A DNA stretch of 64,000 nt from NCBI GenBank assembly GCA_013265495.1, contig MU058722.1, positions 62,001 through 126,000 on the forward strand. The letters run 5' to 3'. Numbering within the stretch: position 1 is the first letter of the stretch; every line of letters begins with the position of its first letter. The notes beneath the pieces are model-generated. The model did no database searches, was not told the origin of the DNA, and saw only the letters and a list, made by a program, of their open reading frames with translations. The position numbers were made by a program, and so were the translations under genes. This DNA comes from Vicugna vicugna. Taxonomy: Eukaryota. This document shows, piece by piece, positions 39,401 through 52,695 of this stretch.

Positions 39401-40700
39401 CCAAGATAATAAAAAGGAAAATTATCAAACCACAAAAAGAAAAAGTAAGGAACAAAGAGGAAATACAAAATGAACTACTGCAAAACAAAGTTCAAAATGT
39501 AATAAACACATTTCTATCAATAGTTACTATAATATCAATGGACTAAATGCTTTAATCAAAGAACATAGAGTGCAGAGTGGATAATAAAGCAAGTATCTAC
39601 AATACGCTGTATACAAGAGACCCACATTAAGGAGAAGGACACACATAGATTGAAAGTGAGAGGACTGAAAAAGATATTCCACACAAATGGAAATGACAAG
39701 GAAGCAGGAATATCAACAGTGATTTCAAATAAAATAGCCTTTAAAACAAAGATTGTAAAGAAAGTTTAATAAGGACATTTTATAATGATTAAAGGAGTCA
39801 TAGATGAAGATATTACACTCATTAACATATATGAACCCAACATAGGAGCAACTAAATACATAACAGATAAAAAGAAAATACTAACAGGTAAAAGGGAAAA
39901 TTTGATCAGAATACAATCATGGTAGAAGACTTTCACAATCCATTAACATCATTGGACAGATCTTCCATACATAAAATTAATAAGACAACATAGAAATTAA
40001 ATGATACAATAAAACAATTTGTCTTGGGTAATATTTTCAGAACATTATATTTCCCTAAAATAGAATATACTTTCTTCTCAAGTGCACATACCACATTTTC
40101 TAGGATAGATAATATACTTTGGCACAATAGAAGCATTAACAATTTGAAGAAGATAGAAAATATTTGAAGCAACTTTTTCTGACCACAATACCATGAAACT
40201 AGAAATTAACTATAGAAAAATAAAGGAGAAATAAATGACAGTATGGAGATTAAACAACATACTATTTAAAAAAAAAATGGGTGGATGATGAAATCAAAGA
40301 AGAAATAAAAATCACAGTGAGACAAATGATGATGAAAACACAACCACACAGAACCTATGGGATTCAGAAAAGGCAGTGCTTAGAGGGAAGTTTATAGTGA
40401 GAGAATCAGGTCTACCTCAAAAAAGAGGAATAATTGCAATAAACAATCAAACTTGCCACCTAAAAGAATTAGAAAAAGAAGAGCAAAAATAACAAAAGAA
40501 AGCAGAAGGAAGGAAATAATAAAGATCAGGGAGGAAATAAATAAAATAGAGATATAAGAAACATTTGAAAAAATCAAGCCAAGAGATGGTTTCTTGAAAG
40601 AGTAACCACAATTGACAAAATTATGCTCTATGCTGGAAATTGACACAACAATGCAAACTGACTGTAACTCAATAAAATAAAAATTAAAAAATAAATGTAT
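36431..40700 (+). mobile_element. LINE-1: 5'UTR, decayed ORF1 (~38190-39073), ORF2 endonuclease region, then abrupt jump to a 3' terminus/A-rich tail
   Basis: ORFs 38592-38795 and 38792-39073 (YKGTPIRLSADFS...ILYPSRLSFRIEGEVKNFTDKQKLKEF). EN-domain sequence at 39500-40200. 3' end gaaattgacacaac...aataaaataaaaa at 40622-40700. Confidence 0.93.
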
Positions 40701-40724
40701 TAACAAAAGAAAAGAGAAAAGGTA

Positions 40725-40990
40725 GTTTCTACTTACCAGACTGGAGGAGGGGACTGCACCCCATGCGGGGTCACACCCCATGGGAAAGCCTGGGGTCAGG
40801 ATCGGAGGAGCAGGGTACTGTGGACAGGATCTGTCACAAGATTTCAGCAGGAGGGGAGGGTGAGGCATGTGAGCAGGCTGAGGACTGGCCATTTGAGTAA
40901 GTTCATGGGCTCTGGGGTGGATAGGCTCCCCCAAGTGTCTGGACTTGACTCTGGTTGAGTTGGGCAGGTGGACAGTGGCTCAGTGTGAGT
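40725..40990. mobile_element. Ancient LTR remnant (ERVL class, family uncertain)
   Basis: gcaggctgaggactggccatttgagtaagttcatgggctctgggg resembles MER76/LTR53-type LTRs as recalled. Confidence 0.35.
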
Positions 40991-41169
40991 CCAAGTCCAG
41001 TGGAGGGGGTAGTGAATTAGATCTAGAAGGACTCCTTCTGGGGTGGGAGGGCCCACAAGGGAGGCAGGAGGCCAAGTCCAGGTGACTGAGAACAGAGTGT
41101 GTCCTGCATAGGCCTGCAGGGCAGATGAAAGCATCCAGTCTACAGAAGGTGGAAACACGGTCTATACAA

Positions 41170-41930
41170 GGGCTCAGCTCAGATGTCACCTCCTCAGAGG
41201 AGCCTTCCCTGCCTACACAGTCTACAGGGACAGCCTCCTCCACGCACATCTCCTCAGCAGACACCTGCTCCATTTCCTGCATAGCATTCAGGACCCGGGC
41301 CCCTGCTCCGTACCCAGTCATGGTTCCGCTGCCCTGAGGAAAAGCCCTCACAGGAGCCATAAAGCCCTACACGACCTGGGCCCCACCTCTCTGTCTCCTT
41401 TGCCACCACTGTCTCCACCTGGCCCTCTTCTCCACTCCTGCACTCCTGACTTCTCCCATCCCTGTGTGCTCTCCAGAGCACGTGTCCCTCCTAACATGCT
41501 GTATGTGCTCACTGTATTTCATCCACTGCATGCCTCCCACACAGGTCAGTATCCAGCACACAGTAGGTCTCAGTAAGTAAAGAATGAATGACTCTTACCA
41601 TGACTGCTGGGAAGACTTTGTCTGTGGCCTACAGTGATCACACATTCGTCACACATTCGCTGAGGTCCTACTGTGTGCTGGGCTGGTTCCAGATACCGGG
41701 CACAGCAGGTAGTGAAGCAGTCAGATCTCCATCCTCATGCAGCATACAGCCTGGTGGGGGACACAGAGAAAATTAAGTAAAATATACACAATGCCCGGAG
41801 GTGATATGTTCCATGGAGAAAAATAAGGTCAGGGAGGATGTTTGAGCAGATTCCTGGAGGCGTTTAAGAAGCAGGCGGAGAGAGATCCTGGCTGAAAGAG
41901 CAGCCAGCGCAAAGGCCCTGAGGCCAAAGT
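41170..41930. mobile_element. L2 fragments in both orientations
   Basis: ctcagctcagatgtcacctcctcagagg, 3' end cacagtaggtctcagtaagtaaagaatgaatga, and gcaaaggccctgagg. Confidence 0.6.
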
Positions 41931-44429
41931 GGGATGTACGTGGAGGGTCTTAGTTATCCGTGTGAGTCCTTAGTCCTGCCTTGAGTATGTATGTTGCTTT
42001 TATTTGTAAACCTTGATTTCAAGTTTATAGCAAATTAACCTGCAGCATCAATCTGCATAATTTAGCCAACTCTGATTCATGTTTTGTGGGCACAATGGCC
42101 GGCTAATTACTTGGGTTGGTAAAGAATTACCAGCGTCTGAGAAGGGTTTAGGAAAGTTCAATAGGGACACTGCTATAGGCAACATCAGGCCACACAGGCA
42201 AGAGGTGCCTACACGAGCGCCAATGTTGAGTGTGTGGGGTCTGTTATTGGGGGGGTGCTGTGCACACAAGGAGGAGGGGGCTGCATGATCAATTCATGCA
42301 CAGGTACCTTGTTGGTTGTGAGATCTGTCAGGGGCTTCTCTGAACAAAAGGCTTTACCACTTTAATAAGGGAAGGATGTGAGGCCTCTCTTCCTGGGGCA
42401 ATGAGGTTTCATAGGGTAAACACACAGCAAGAGAAGATGTTTTATAGCTTGTGAAAATGCAGGTGTGCAAAGGGTCCTGCAGTGGGGAGTGGGAGATAAG
42501 GGGCCACTGGGCTCTAGGCACACAGAGAGCCCAGGGGTGAGGGTGTATGACTCTAAAGAGTGCCAGCTGGCTTCACACCAGGGACTTTATGTGGAAACAG
42601 GAAAATCTAGGTTGTCAGCACGTGTCTACTCAGTGACCTCCCTAAGCCTAGCTCTGTCAGGCACCAGGTGGCTGTGAAATGAACATGAAGGTCCCCACAC
42701 TGAAGACCCCAATGAATGAACATCTTGACATCCTCAAGCCCCTTCCCCTGCACCACCGCCCCACCTCATCTGGGTCTCAGGCTCTGACCCTGACATCAGT
42801 GGCATCTTCGTTCCCTACATCCAGCTCCTCTGGACCTCTCTGTGATGAGCTGTTCCATGTCAGCGAGCCCCAAACTGAGCTTTGCCTTTACCTCATGATT
42901 GCTTCCTCCCTGTGAAGCCCCTCGTGAAGGAGCCACCACTAGCAGGATCCTTCAGCCCTGAGGCTCTGCCTTCCCCACCCCTCCGATGTCTCCCAGCCCA
43001 TGATCCCCTCTGGAGGTCCCTATTATCCTCTCCCTCCCACTTCAGTCTTGGGCTGCACACCAAATCCCTCTTCACAATCTCCCACAAGACAGGTCCAGGT
43101 CCACTTGGGGACACTGAGGTGACACAGGCGGGTGTTGCTGGGAATGAAGAGCAGGATACTGTAGCAGAGGAGAGGCAAGGGCTCCTAATCCACCAGAACA
43201 CAGGCTAAAGTGGTGGCAAGACACCCATAAAGGGTGAGGCAGGCATCACACTTCAGCCCCGCCCTCTGCTACCCCAGGGTGCCCTGTGTTTCCTGCTTTG
43301 GCCTAGGGGACTTCCCCCCTCACTCTCTGTTAGAGGGGTGCCCATTCATACATTCACACCCTCATTCACCATGTACATGGGTCCTGCTCAGTGCCAGGCC
43401 TCAGCTAGATGACAGCTCATCCTAGGGGACACAGCTCAGATCTCACCTCCTCCATGAAGCACTTCTGGATTCCCACCCCTCCTGAAGATCCTCTGGCCTC
43501 AATTGGGACCACTAGTGCTGTGACCACACTCTGATTACCTCCCAAGTCTGTAATCTCTGTGAAAGCCCTGGGCCCAATGTGGAAAGGACTCAGAAAAATG
43601 GGGCGAAAAGGGGCTAACAAAATGTTACTAGTTCTCTATTACAGAGAAGGGCACTGAGCAAAGAGAGGGCAGTGTCCAACCAAAGCCACAGAGGAGGGTC
43701 TCAGTGAGCCCTCCCATGGCCCTGTTACTAGTTCTCTGTTACAGATGAGGACACTGAGCCACAGAGAGGGAGCAGAGCCCTGCTATAGCCTTGGCCCCAC
43801 GACCTGTGTCCTTTATGACTAGCTCCATGCTGCCAGCAGGGGTGTGGGCCTGGAATGGACGTTGAAAGCAGCCTGACCCCCAGGCCCCCTTCATACACAA
43901 AGTCAGTCTCAGGAACACCCCTACCCCTGGGATCCTGATTGCTGTTCCTGGAAGCTGGCTGGGCTTCCCTGTGAATTGGCCCAGGAGATGCTTGGGACAG
44001 CCACAGGGCCCCTGAGGCTCCCTGTCCCCAACTGAGCAGCTCTGGTCCCCTTGACTGTCCCTGGCCCAGGCCTGATGACACGAGGTTTTGGCCGGGTAGC
44101 CAGCTGTGGAGATGAGGAAATGGGGGCAACATGCAGGTACATGCAGAGGTTCAGGTATTCACTCAACAATCATTGATTCAGGCTTTGCAGTGTGGCTGGC
44201 CTGGGCACAGGACTGGGTGTCCAGTAGTGAATACGGTCAACCCCTTGAGCCTTCTGGGAAATCAGTGCTCAGAGAAACGGGCCCTCAGTGCCCCATCCTG
44301 CTCCCCATGAACAATCACACTGAGATGAGGCTGCGGCCATGGGTCCCAGTGGAGGGTGAAGTGAGGGGGAAAACCCAGAGTGGGCACTGACCATGAGCCT
44401 GGACACTGTAATCTGAGGTGGTCACCTCA

Positions 44430-44560
44430 CCTGTTCTCTCTGTGCCTCAGTTACTTCTTCTGCAGAAATGGGTGATAATGCCTGTCCCTGCCCCACAGAT
44501 ATTCATGAGGAGTCAGTGAGCTTCTCTTAGGCGTGTAGGACAGTGCCTGGCTATGGGTCA
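44430..44560 (+). mobile_element. MIR SINE remnant (others at ~43625-43775, ~45730-45830, ~50720-50880)
   Basis: ctctctgtgcctcagttacttcttctgcagaaatggg MIR core. Confidence 0.6.
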
Positions 44561-46394
44561 GGATCCTGCTCACCTCACAATAGTCTGTCCCACTTTGAAG
44601 ATGAGAAAGCCAAAGCTAAGGGGGTTATGAGACCAGCCTGGGCTAGCCCCCTTCTCATGGACTGCTGTCCAGGTCTCCTGCTTTTACATCATACCTCTGC
44701 CCCCATATCCACCCAGCAAAGTAGGTACTGAGAGTAGGTGTGAAGGGCCAGAGGGCGCTGGAGTAACCCAGGGTGGGTGGATGCTAGGTAGGTGTGGGAG
44801 GCACAGAGTGGCCCCTGGAAGACAGTGTCCAGGCAGCCAAGGTGCGATGAATTGAATGNNNNNNNNNNNNNNNNNNNNNNNNNNNNNNNNNNNNNNNNNN
44901 NNNNNNNNNNNNNNNNNNNNNNNNNNNNNNNNNNNNNNNNNNNNNNNNNNNNNNNNNNNNNNNNNNNNNNNNNNNNNNNNNNNNNNNNNNNNNNNNNNNN
45001 NNNNNNNNNNNNNNNNNNNNNNNNNNNNNNNNNNNNNNNNNNNNNNNNNNNNNNNNNNNNNNNNNNNNNNNNNNNNNNNNNNNNNNNNNNNNNNNNNNNN
45101 NNNNNNNNNNNNNNNNNNNNNNNNNNNNNNNNNNNNNNNNNNNNNNNNNNNNNNNNNNNNNNNNNNNNNNNNNNNNNNNNNNNNNNNNNNNNNNNNNNNN
45201 NNNNNNNNNNNNNNNNNNNNNNNNNNNNNNNNNNNNNNNNNNNNNNNNNNNNNNNNNNNNNNNNNNNNNNNNNNNNNNNNNNNNNNNNNNNNNNNNNNNN
45301 NNNNNNNNNNNNNNNNNNNNNNNNNNNNNNNNNNNNNNNNNNNNNNNNNNNNNNNNNNNNNNNNNNNNNNNNNNNNNNNNNNNNNNNNNNNNNNNNNNNN
45401 NNNNNNNNNNNNNNNNNNNNNNNNNNNNNNNNNNNNNNNNNNNNNNNNNNNNNNNNNNNNNNNNNNNNNNNNNNNNNNNNNNNNNNNNNNNNNNNNNNNN
45501 NNNNNNNNNNNNNNNNNNNNNNNNNNNNNNNNNNNNNNNNNNNNNNNNNNNNNNNNNNNNNNNNNNNNNNNNNNNNNNNTAAGGCTCCTGGCATGTTAGG
45601 CAGGAAAGGTCCCAGTGCCCATACCTGGGCCTCTCTGGGTGATTCTGACATGTGGGATCATGATGGTCCTGGGAAAGGAGAGAGAATGTGGGCTGGGCGT
45701 CAGGTCTGCATCAGAGCCTAATGATGCCCCTAATGTTGTGTGACCTGGAAACTCCCTGACCTCTCTGTGCCTGGCTTTCCAGCCCTGACTCAGAGGACTG
45801 CTGTGATTGGCACACAGTAGGACCTCAATCAGAGGAAAAAGCCAGCCCTTCCCCAGGAACCTCTCCTCTTACATTCCCAAAGCTAAGCCCATGTTCCACA
45901 CATCACCAGAGCTGAAACTTGACAAACAGGGCAAGTGAAATCCAGCAACTCCTCCCTCCTGCCTGAGGCCCTTCCCTCCTCAGTGACAGTGGCCCAGAGC
46001 AGGTCTCTGCATCCCAGAAGTCTGAACTGAGCCTTGTGACCTGGAGGAGTCCCTGTTCTACACAACTTTGTTTCCAGGTCCTTCCAACAAGACACAAGAG
46101 CACCTGGTCAGTGTCTTAGCTGCAAGGTCCTCCCTTTGCAAATTGCCCCATCACATCCGGGCTAGAAGATGTGAGTTCCAGAGCACATGACCATCCAAAT
46201 GATGACTTCAGGGAAACATCCCTGCCCACACTGCACTCTTCTGAGCCCACCTTCTGAAAGAAGGGGTAGTGACCCACGGTTGTGCAGTTTTATCAGAACA
46301 CAGCCCTCACCCACCCACCATTGGAAAGACGTGAGAAGCAGAGAGTCCCAAGTGCCTGGACCCCTGTCATCCAGAAAGCAGAGGGTAGGGTAAC

Positions 46395-47083
46395 AGACAG
46401 AAGGGGAGAAAGTACTCAGACTATATATCTGATAAGGGGTTAACACCCAAAACATATAAAGAACTTTTACAATTCAAAAGCAAAAAAACAAGCAATCTGA
46501 TTTAAAAAGGGGGCAGAGGAACTGAATAGACATTTTTCCAAAGAAGGCACACAGATGTCTAACAGGTACATGAAAAGGTGCTCAACATCACTCACCATCA
46601 GGGAAAAGCAAATCAAAACCACAATGAGATATTCCCTCCCACCTGTCAGAGTGGGTGTCATCAAAATACAAGAGATAACAAGTGATGGTGGTGGTGTGAA
46701 GAAAAGGGAAACTTGTGCAATGTTGGTGGGAATGTAAATTGGTGCCATCACTCTGGAAAAGAGTAAGAAAGCTCCCCCAAAATTTAAAATTAGAACTTCC
46801 ATATGATGCAGCAAGTCCACTGCTGGGAATATATCCAAAGGAAATGAAATCACTATGTCAATGAGACAACTGCACCCTCATGTTCACTGTGTCATTATTT
46901 ACAATAATCAAGATATGTAAAAAACCTAAGTGTCCATCAACAGATGAATAGATACAGAAAACGTGATGCATATATATGTATATATAATGGAATCTTATTC
47001 AGACATTAAAAAATGAAATCCTGCCATTTGTGACAACTTGGGTGGACCTTCAGGGTATTATGCTAAATGAAATAAATAAAGAA
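46395..47083 (+). mobile_element. L1 ORF2 C-terminus/3'UTR fragment
   Basis: ORF 46555-46737 [21 protein letters not shown]. Confidence 0.9.
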
Positions 47084-49500
47084 NNNNNNNNNNNNNNNNN
47101 NNNNNNNNNNNNNNNNNNNNNNNNNNNNNNNNNNNNNNNNNNNNNNNNNNNNNNNNNNNNNNNNNNNNNNNNNNNNNNNNNNNNNNNNNNNNNNNNNNNN
47201 NNNNNNNNNNNNNNNNNNNNNNNNNNNNNNNNNNNNNNNNNNNNNNNNNNNNNNNNNNNNNNNNNNNNNNNNNNNNNNNNNNNNNNNNNNNNNNNNNNNN
47301 NNNNNNNNNNNNNNNNNNNNNNNNNNNNNNNNNNNNNNNNNNNNNNNNNNNNNNNNNNNNNNNNNNNNNNNNNNNNNNNNNNNNNNNNNNNNNNNNNNNN
47401 NNNNNNNNNNNNNNNNNNNNNNNNNNNNNNNNNNNNNNNNNNNNNNNNNNNNNNNNNNNNNNNNNNNNNNNNNNNNNNNNNNNNNNNNNNNNNNNNNNNN
47501 NNNNNNNNNNNNNNNNNNNNNNNNNNNNNNNNNNNNNNNNNNNNNNNNNNNNNNNNNNNNNNNNNNNNNNNNNNNNNNNNNNNNNNNNNNNNNNNNNNNN
47601 NNNNNNNNNNNNNNNNNNNNNNNNNNNNNNNNNNNNNNNNNNNNNNNNNNNNNNNNNNNNNNNNNNNNNNNNNNNNNNNNNNNNNNNNNNNNNNNNNNNN
47701 NNNNNNNNNNNNNNNNNNNNNNNNNNNNNNNNNNNNNNNNNNNNNNNNNNNNNNNNNNNNNNNNNNNNNNNNNNNNNNNNNNNNNNNNNNNNNNNNNNNN
47801 NNNNNNNNNNNNNNNAAGTGGTGGGGGAAGCTTTGAACTCCAGTGTTCTGATTTCAAAGCCACATCTCAGTCCTGATTTTTAGAAGGTGGAGGTCCAGGC
47901 ACTGGGGACCCTCCACCTTCCTCACTTGTAGTCGTACTTCAGGGCTGCCACCCCCGAGGCGTCTGGGTGAATACATTTAATCCGCTTACTCTGCACCAGT
48001 GAGCCCTTGGCTGCCAGTCTGTTGTCGCTGTCTGACACCAGCTGAGGTTTTACAAGTGAACCATCACCCCCTGCCAGCCCACCTGCCCTGACATGTGGGG
48101 CAGACCCCTCCTAGCCTGGTCATTCTAAACCTTTAGCTCACACATTTGCACAACTTCATCGAAAGGGCCCTACTCCCTGTGTGGAGATATCGACAAGGGG
48201 AAGGGAGGGCAGTTTGGGGTGGCTGCTTACTGTGAAGGTGACACATGACAGGGACATGTTCATGTCCATAATGGCACTCAATTTGAAGCTAAGAACATGG
48301 TCACAGCGAGGGGTAAAAGCTGAGAGGCTACAAGGCTGCTGAGAAAGTGGCTTGACTATCGAATTGTAAATGTGTAATTTAATTTAAAAAGTAGCCCCCT
48401 GGGTGATAAGAATTTGCCCCTAAGGCCAGAATTGGCCACCTGACCCCTGGGAACCCCTCAATTCCAGGATGCAATCATCTGAGCATGGAGGGGGCTTAAA
48501 TTGGAGTGCTGTCCTCTCAGTCATGGTGCACCTGCCCATGTGTGCACCCATGAACTGCAGTGCTCACACATCAAGGAGGTCCAGGTCATAAGAAAGGGAT
48601 GACAGACTGTGAGGTCACACGTGTGCCCCTGCAGGGGTGAATGTTGTATAGAGAAGAGCCCCCCACCTCTCACCTCCAGGAGGGGTGCTGGAGGGAGCAG
48701 AACTCCTGAGCCCCTAGGCTTAGCAAGCATCCTGGCTGAGGGTGGGGAGGCTGTCCACTCTGAAGTCATAGGTCAGATGGTTGATTGGGGTCCCACCCCC
48801 ACATCTCACCAGTGAGACCGTCTAGTCTGTTTTCTCTGTAAACTGGAATCCAGTCACCCTCACCTCAGAAGTGGGGTCATCCTGTGTAAATTACAACACA
48901 AAGCCCCTGGGCTGTTTCAGGTGCCCTGGGGTGTCCAGCCCCCCTAGGCCAGGCAGGTGCGAGAGGAGAGGTGTGGGTTAGCAGGTGTGACAGCAGAGTT
49001 GAGACTTGGCTGAGTGCATGCACTCTAATATCCAGGAACTGGGAGCTACCAGTAGCAAATCTGTTCACTGAGGCCATGTGTACTCTCCCTTGTCATTTAT
49101 AATCCCCTGTTTNNNNNNNNNNNNNNNNNNNNNNNNNNNNNNNNNNNNNNNNNNNNNNNNNNNNNNNNNNNNNNNNNNNNNNNNNNNNNNNNNNNNNNNN
49201 NNNNNNNNNNNNNNNNNNNNNNNNNNNNNNNNNNNNNNNNNNNNNNNNNNNNNNNNNNNNNNNNNNNNNNNNNNNNNNNNNNNNNNNNNNNNNNNNNNNN
49301 NNNNNNNNNNNNNNNNNNNNNNNNNNNNNNNNNNNNNNNNNNNNNNNNNNNNNNNNNNNNNNNNNNNNNNNNNNNNNNNNNNNNNNNNNNNNNNNNNNNN
49401 NNNNNNNNNNNNNNNNNNNNNNNNNNNNNNNNNNNNNNNNNNNNNNNNNNNNNNNNNNNNNNNNNNNNNNNNNNNNNNNNNNNNNNNNNNNNNNNNNNNN

Positions 49501-49700
49501 GGATTCCAGCAACTAGGCCTGACCTCCGTGGAGCCTGATTGGGCTGGTGCCCAGCCCTGAGCCAATCACAGTGGCCAGGGAGAATGGAAAATGCTGATTG
49601 GCCAGATCAAGGCCATGTGACCATCCTCTCCAGGAAACCTGTGAGCTGTTCACCTGTTTCCAGGTTGGGAGAGTGTGATGTCTCCCAGAGGGTCCTGCTA
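49501..49700. mobile_element. MaLR (MLT1-type) LTR remnant
   Basis: ccctgagccaatcacagtggccaggg...tgctgattggccag. Confidence 0.5.
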
Positions 49701-52254
49701 CTAGCACAACCTGCAGGTGGCACAATGATCTGGAATGAGCCTGTCTGCTTGGTGACAAGTGGCAGGTCACTTAGTGGGTCCTTGCTCCAGGGAGGGAGGC
49801 ATGTCCACACAGTATTGGGGCTTCAGAGCCAGAATGTAGTAGAAAAGCCTCCCGGTCTCCCAAAAGGTGGGAAAGTGAGCAGTGACACTGGAAAGGCACT
49901 CCTCTCTGTGCACCTTCGCTTTCTCCTTGTTACAGTGGAGAGTGCAGTGCTGCCCCTGACAGCCCACTTCCCTGCTGGGAGGCCTTTGCAACAGGTGGAG
50001 GGTGCTTTGAAAACCCCATTTATTCTGGGGAACTGTTATTGCTCCTTGTGGGGTAATTATTTTCATGTCACTTGTGAGGTGGGTCCTGAGGGGTCCCTGA
50101 TCTGGGGGCACAGACACCCACAGAAACTTGGCCCAGTATTGCTGTTCATTCAACAATGACTTACCAAGCACCTACTGTGTGCCAGATTCCCAGGGTAGAG
50201 CAGTGATGTTGACAGCACAGACCCCTGCCTCACCTCATCTCTGCATCCCAGGTGGGGTCACCAGAGTGGGAGTTCAGGAAGCAGAGGACGTGGCTGAAGC
50301 CTTGTGGGAACCTCTGGGTTTTTCTCTGTGCTGAGGGCACTAGCAGCACACCGATTGTGGGACTCAGTACCCGCAGGACCCAGCATTGATGGGTAAAGGA
50401 GAGGGGCATTTCTACAAGCCCATCCTCACTAACCCCAGTCTCTGGAGGGCAGCTCCAGTCTGCTCAAACCCAGGGGGCATCTTCCGCCATCCTGATCACC
50501 CTCTGGTATTACTCCCCGCTCAGATGCAATTTTCCCTGTGGCAGCTACACTCAGAATATGTGTTTGTTTCTCTCCCATGTGGTTAAGTGGACTTCAGATG
50601 CATGATAGCGATGGAGTGGCTAAGCCTCTGGGCAGATTGCTGGGTGACCCGCGGAACTTGCTGCACATGGTGAGCTCCCTTCTGTCAACCAATGGGCCAG
50701 GCCCCACCACTGTTCTGTCTGTTCTACCTCACTTAATCTGCACAGACACTCTGTGCGGGACATCCTGTTATCCCCCATCTCTGCTGACCTTGGGTGGACA
50801 AAGCTTGGGTTTGAGAAAGTTGCCCAGGTCACATGGTTGACAAGTGGGGAGCTGGGGATTTGCACCCTGGTCCCAGGAGTCTGGATCATGGAAAGGCCTG
50901 GGTGGGGAAGCTTATTGCAAAGGGAAGTCCTGCCCCAGTCCCTCCCATGAGAGCCCACCCAACAGCACATCTAGCAGAGTCAGCATTTCCTGGACCAGAT
51001 GGACAGAACCTCAAAACTTCTTTGCAGACAGATTGTTTCCATGTTCTTTTGCAAACACATAAAGGCTGCAGGCCAGGAAAGGATAAGGCCAAGAGTGTTT
51101 TCATTGGGGAGTGTGAAGGACAAGTGTGAAGACACACCGCACTCCCAACAGCCCTCTCGGCAGAGCCTGCCACTGGGTGAGCAGCTACCGTGACTACCTA
51201 CCATAACCCTGTGAGGTTCATGCCTGTACAACCCTGCCTGTGAGAAGAGCAAAGTGAAGCTCAGAGAGGTGTGGGGACATTCCAAATACAAACGGATAAG
51301 GTGGGATCATCACCACCATGCTGTGCTGGGACAGGCAGTCACCTGTCACACTGCTCATGCATGGCCTGCTGGGAGTAATGAAGGTCTGATAGGAGCACAG
51401 GAACACTGTGGTGAAGGTGATGTTTCTACCTGGGACAGCCGGTACCGGGGACTCTAGCTGATTCTTCATTGGGCCTGCTTTGAGTGTCAGCAAGTTGCAG
51501 CCTCATGTAGGGGAAGGGATGTCTCCTTTCCACACCGGTGCAAAAGGAAGAGCATGTACACACTGGCATCACCATAGACCACCGGCAGGATCAGGATCTG
51601 GAGCTCAGAGCAGAAACTGCCAACACCTCAGGAACTGGTGCAAGAGGAGGACCTGAGTGCCCCCTGAAACATTTCTAGTTTTAAAAACATACTTCATTAG
51701 GGGGAAGTGATAAACAGTTGATCCCTTCAAAATATTCTGTTATCCAAGGAAAAATAGCACCTCAGCATTGTAAGAGGATTAACTCAGTCGTCATCTATAT
51801 ATATCTATATCACTATAGGTTTGAGAAAACAGAGTGTTAGGAGTTACAAAAGGGTCTCAAGATCATGCAGGTCAGAACTGAGAACCATCCAAAGCATGTG
51901 CTGCATGACAGCCTCTCTAAGCTACCTGAGGCTTGGTCTGCTCCTGACACAGGGCAGATGGTTCTGAGAAAACTCCTCAGGGGACCCCAGGGAGTTGACA
52001 GAGTTGAGTTTGGGTTCCTGGTCATCTTCTAAGTCTGGAATTTTGAGATTCTCCTGTACCTTTCCTCCCTCCAGAACAGAATCTGATTCAGGCGGGATTC
52101 CAAGGACTGAGGCATGTGCCAGGCAAGAGAGCAGGCATGGCTGGATGAGAGCATCACCAGTGCCATCAACAAAGAGGCCAGGGCACTGAGATTTCCAATG
52201 ATTTAGCATCCTGGCTGGGAGGGGGTCATGTGTTCTACAGTGAGTTCTGAGTAT

Positions 52255-52695
52255 CCTGCACCGCCCTCGAGGACCTGCAGGGGGCGCACGAAGCCAGCGT
52301 GTCTTAGGTGGCGGTGCGCATGCGCAGTCCGCGTCAGCAGCCAGCGTCTTCCCTGCGGGCGGAGCTTGTTTTCCTCAGGACTGAGCGGGCGGCGCCATGG
52401 AGGTTCCGGGACAGTGCTGCCTGCGTGTCCGAGGGAGGAGGACGCTCCCCGCCCGCTCTCTGAAGTTACGCCGGTTTCCCACAGCCTGAGCCCGCTTCCT
52501 GCCGGTGTGTGTGTGGACCTGACCGAGCTGGGGCCCCGGCCGGCACGGCAGGAGGGGACGGGTGCGCTGGCGGGCCCGCTTCGATTATTCTCCTCGCCCG
52601 CCGGGAGCGGGTGAGTGTCCGTGTCCATCCAAGCCGCGGGTGTGTTCGCGCCCCTGGTCCTCACCGCCCGGGTCCCCCCTCCCCCGTGTGATCGG
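52255..52695 (+). promoter_or_regulatory. CpG island promoter with candidate first exon (gene unidentified)
   Basis: Only CpG-dense stretch in the window. Perfect NRF1 palindrome tgcgcatgcgca at 52315-52326, GC box gggcgg, YY1/Kozak-like ggcgccatgg ~52392-52401, splice donor cgg/gtgagt at 52611. Confidence 0.75.

Noticed and set aside
43621..43775. ~100 bp-period local duplication (tgttactagttctct...)
   Set aside because: Small duplication of a MIR remnant, no sign of function.
49539..50159. 206-aa plus-strand ORF
   Set aside because: Non-ATG start, overlaps LTR remnants, and has no recognisable domain.
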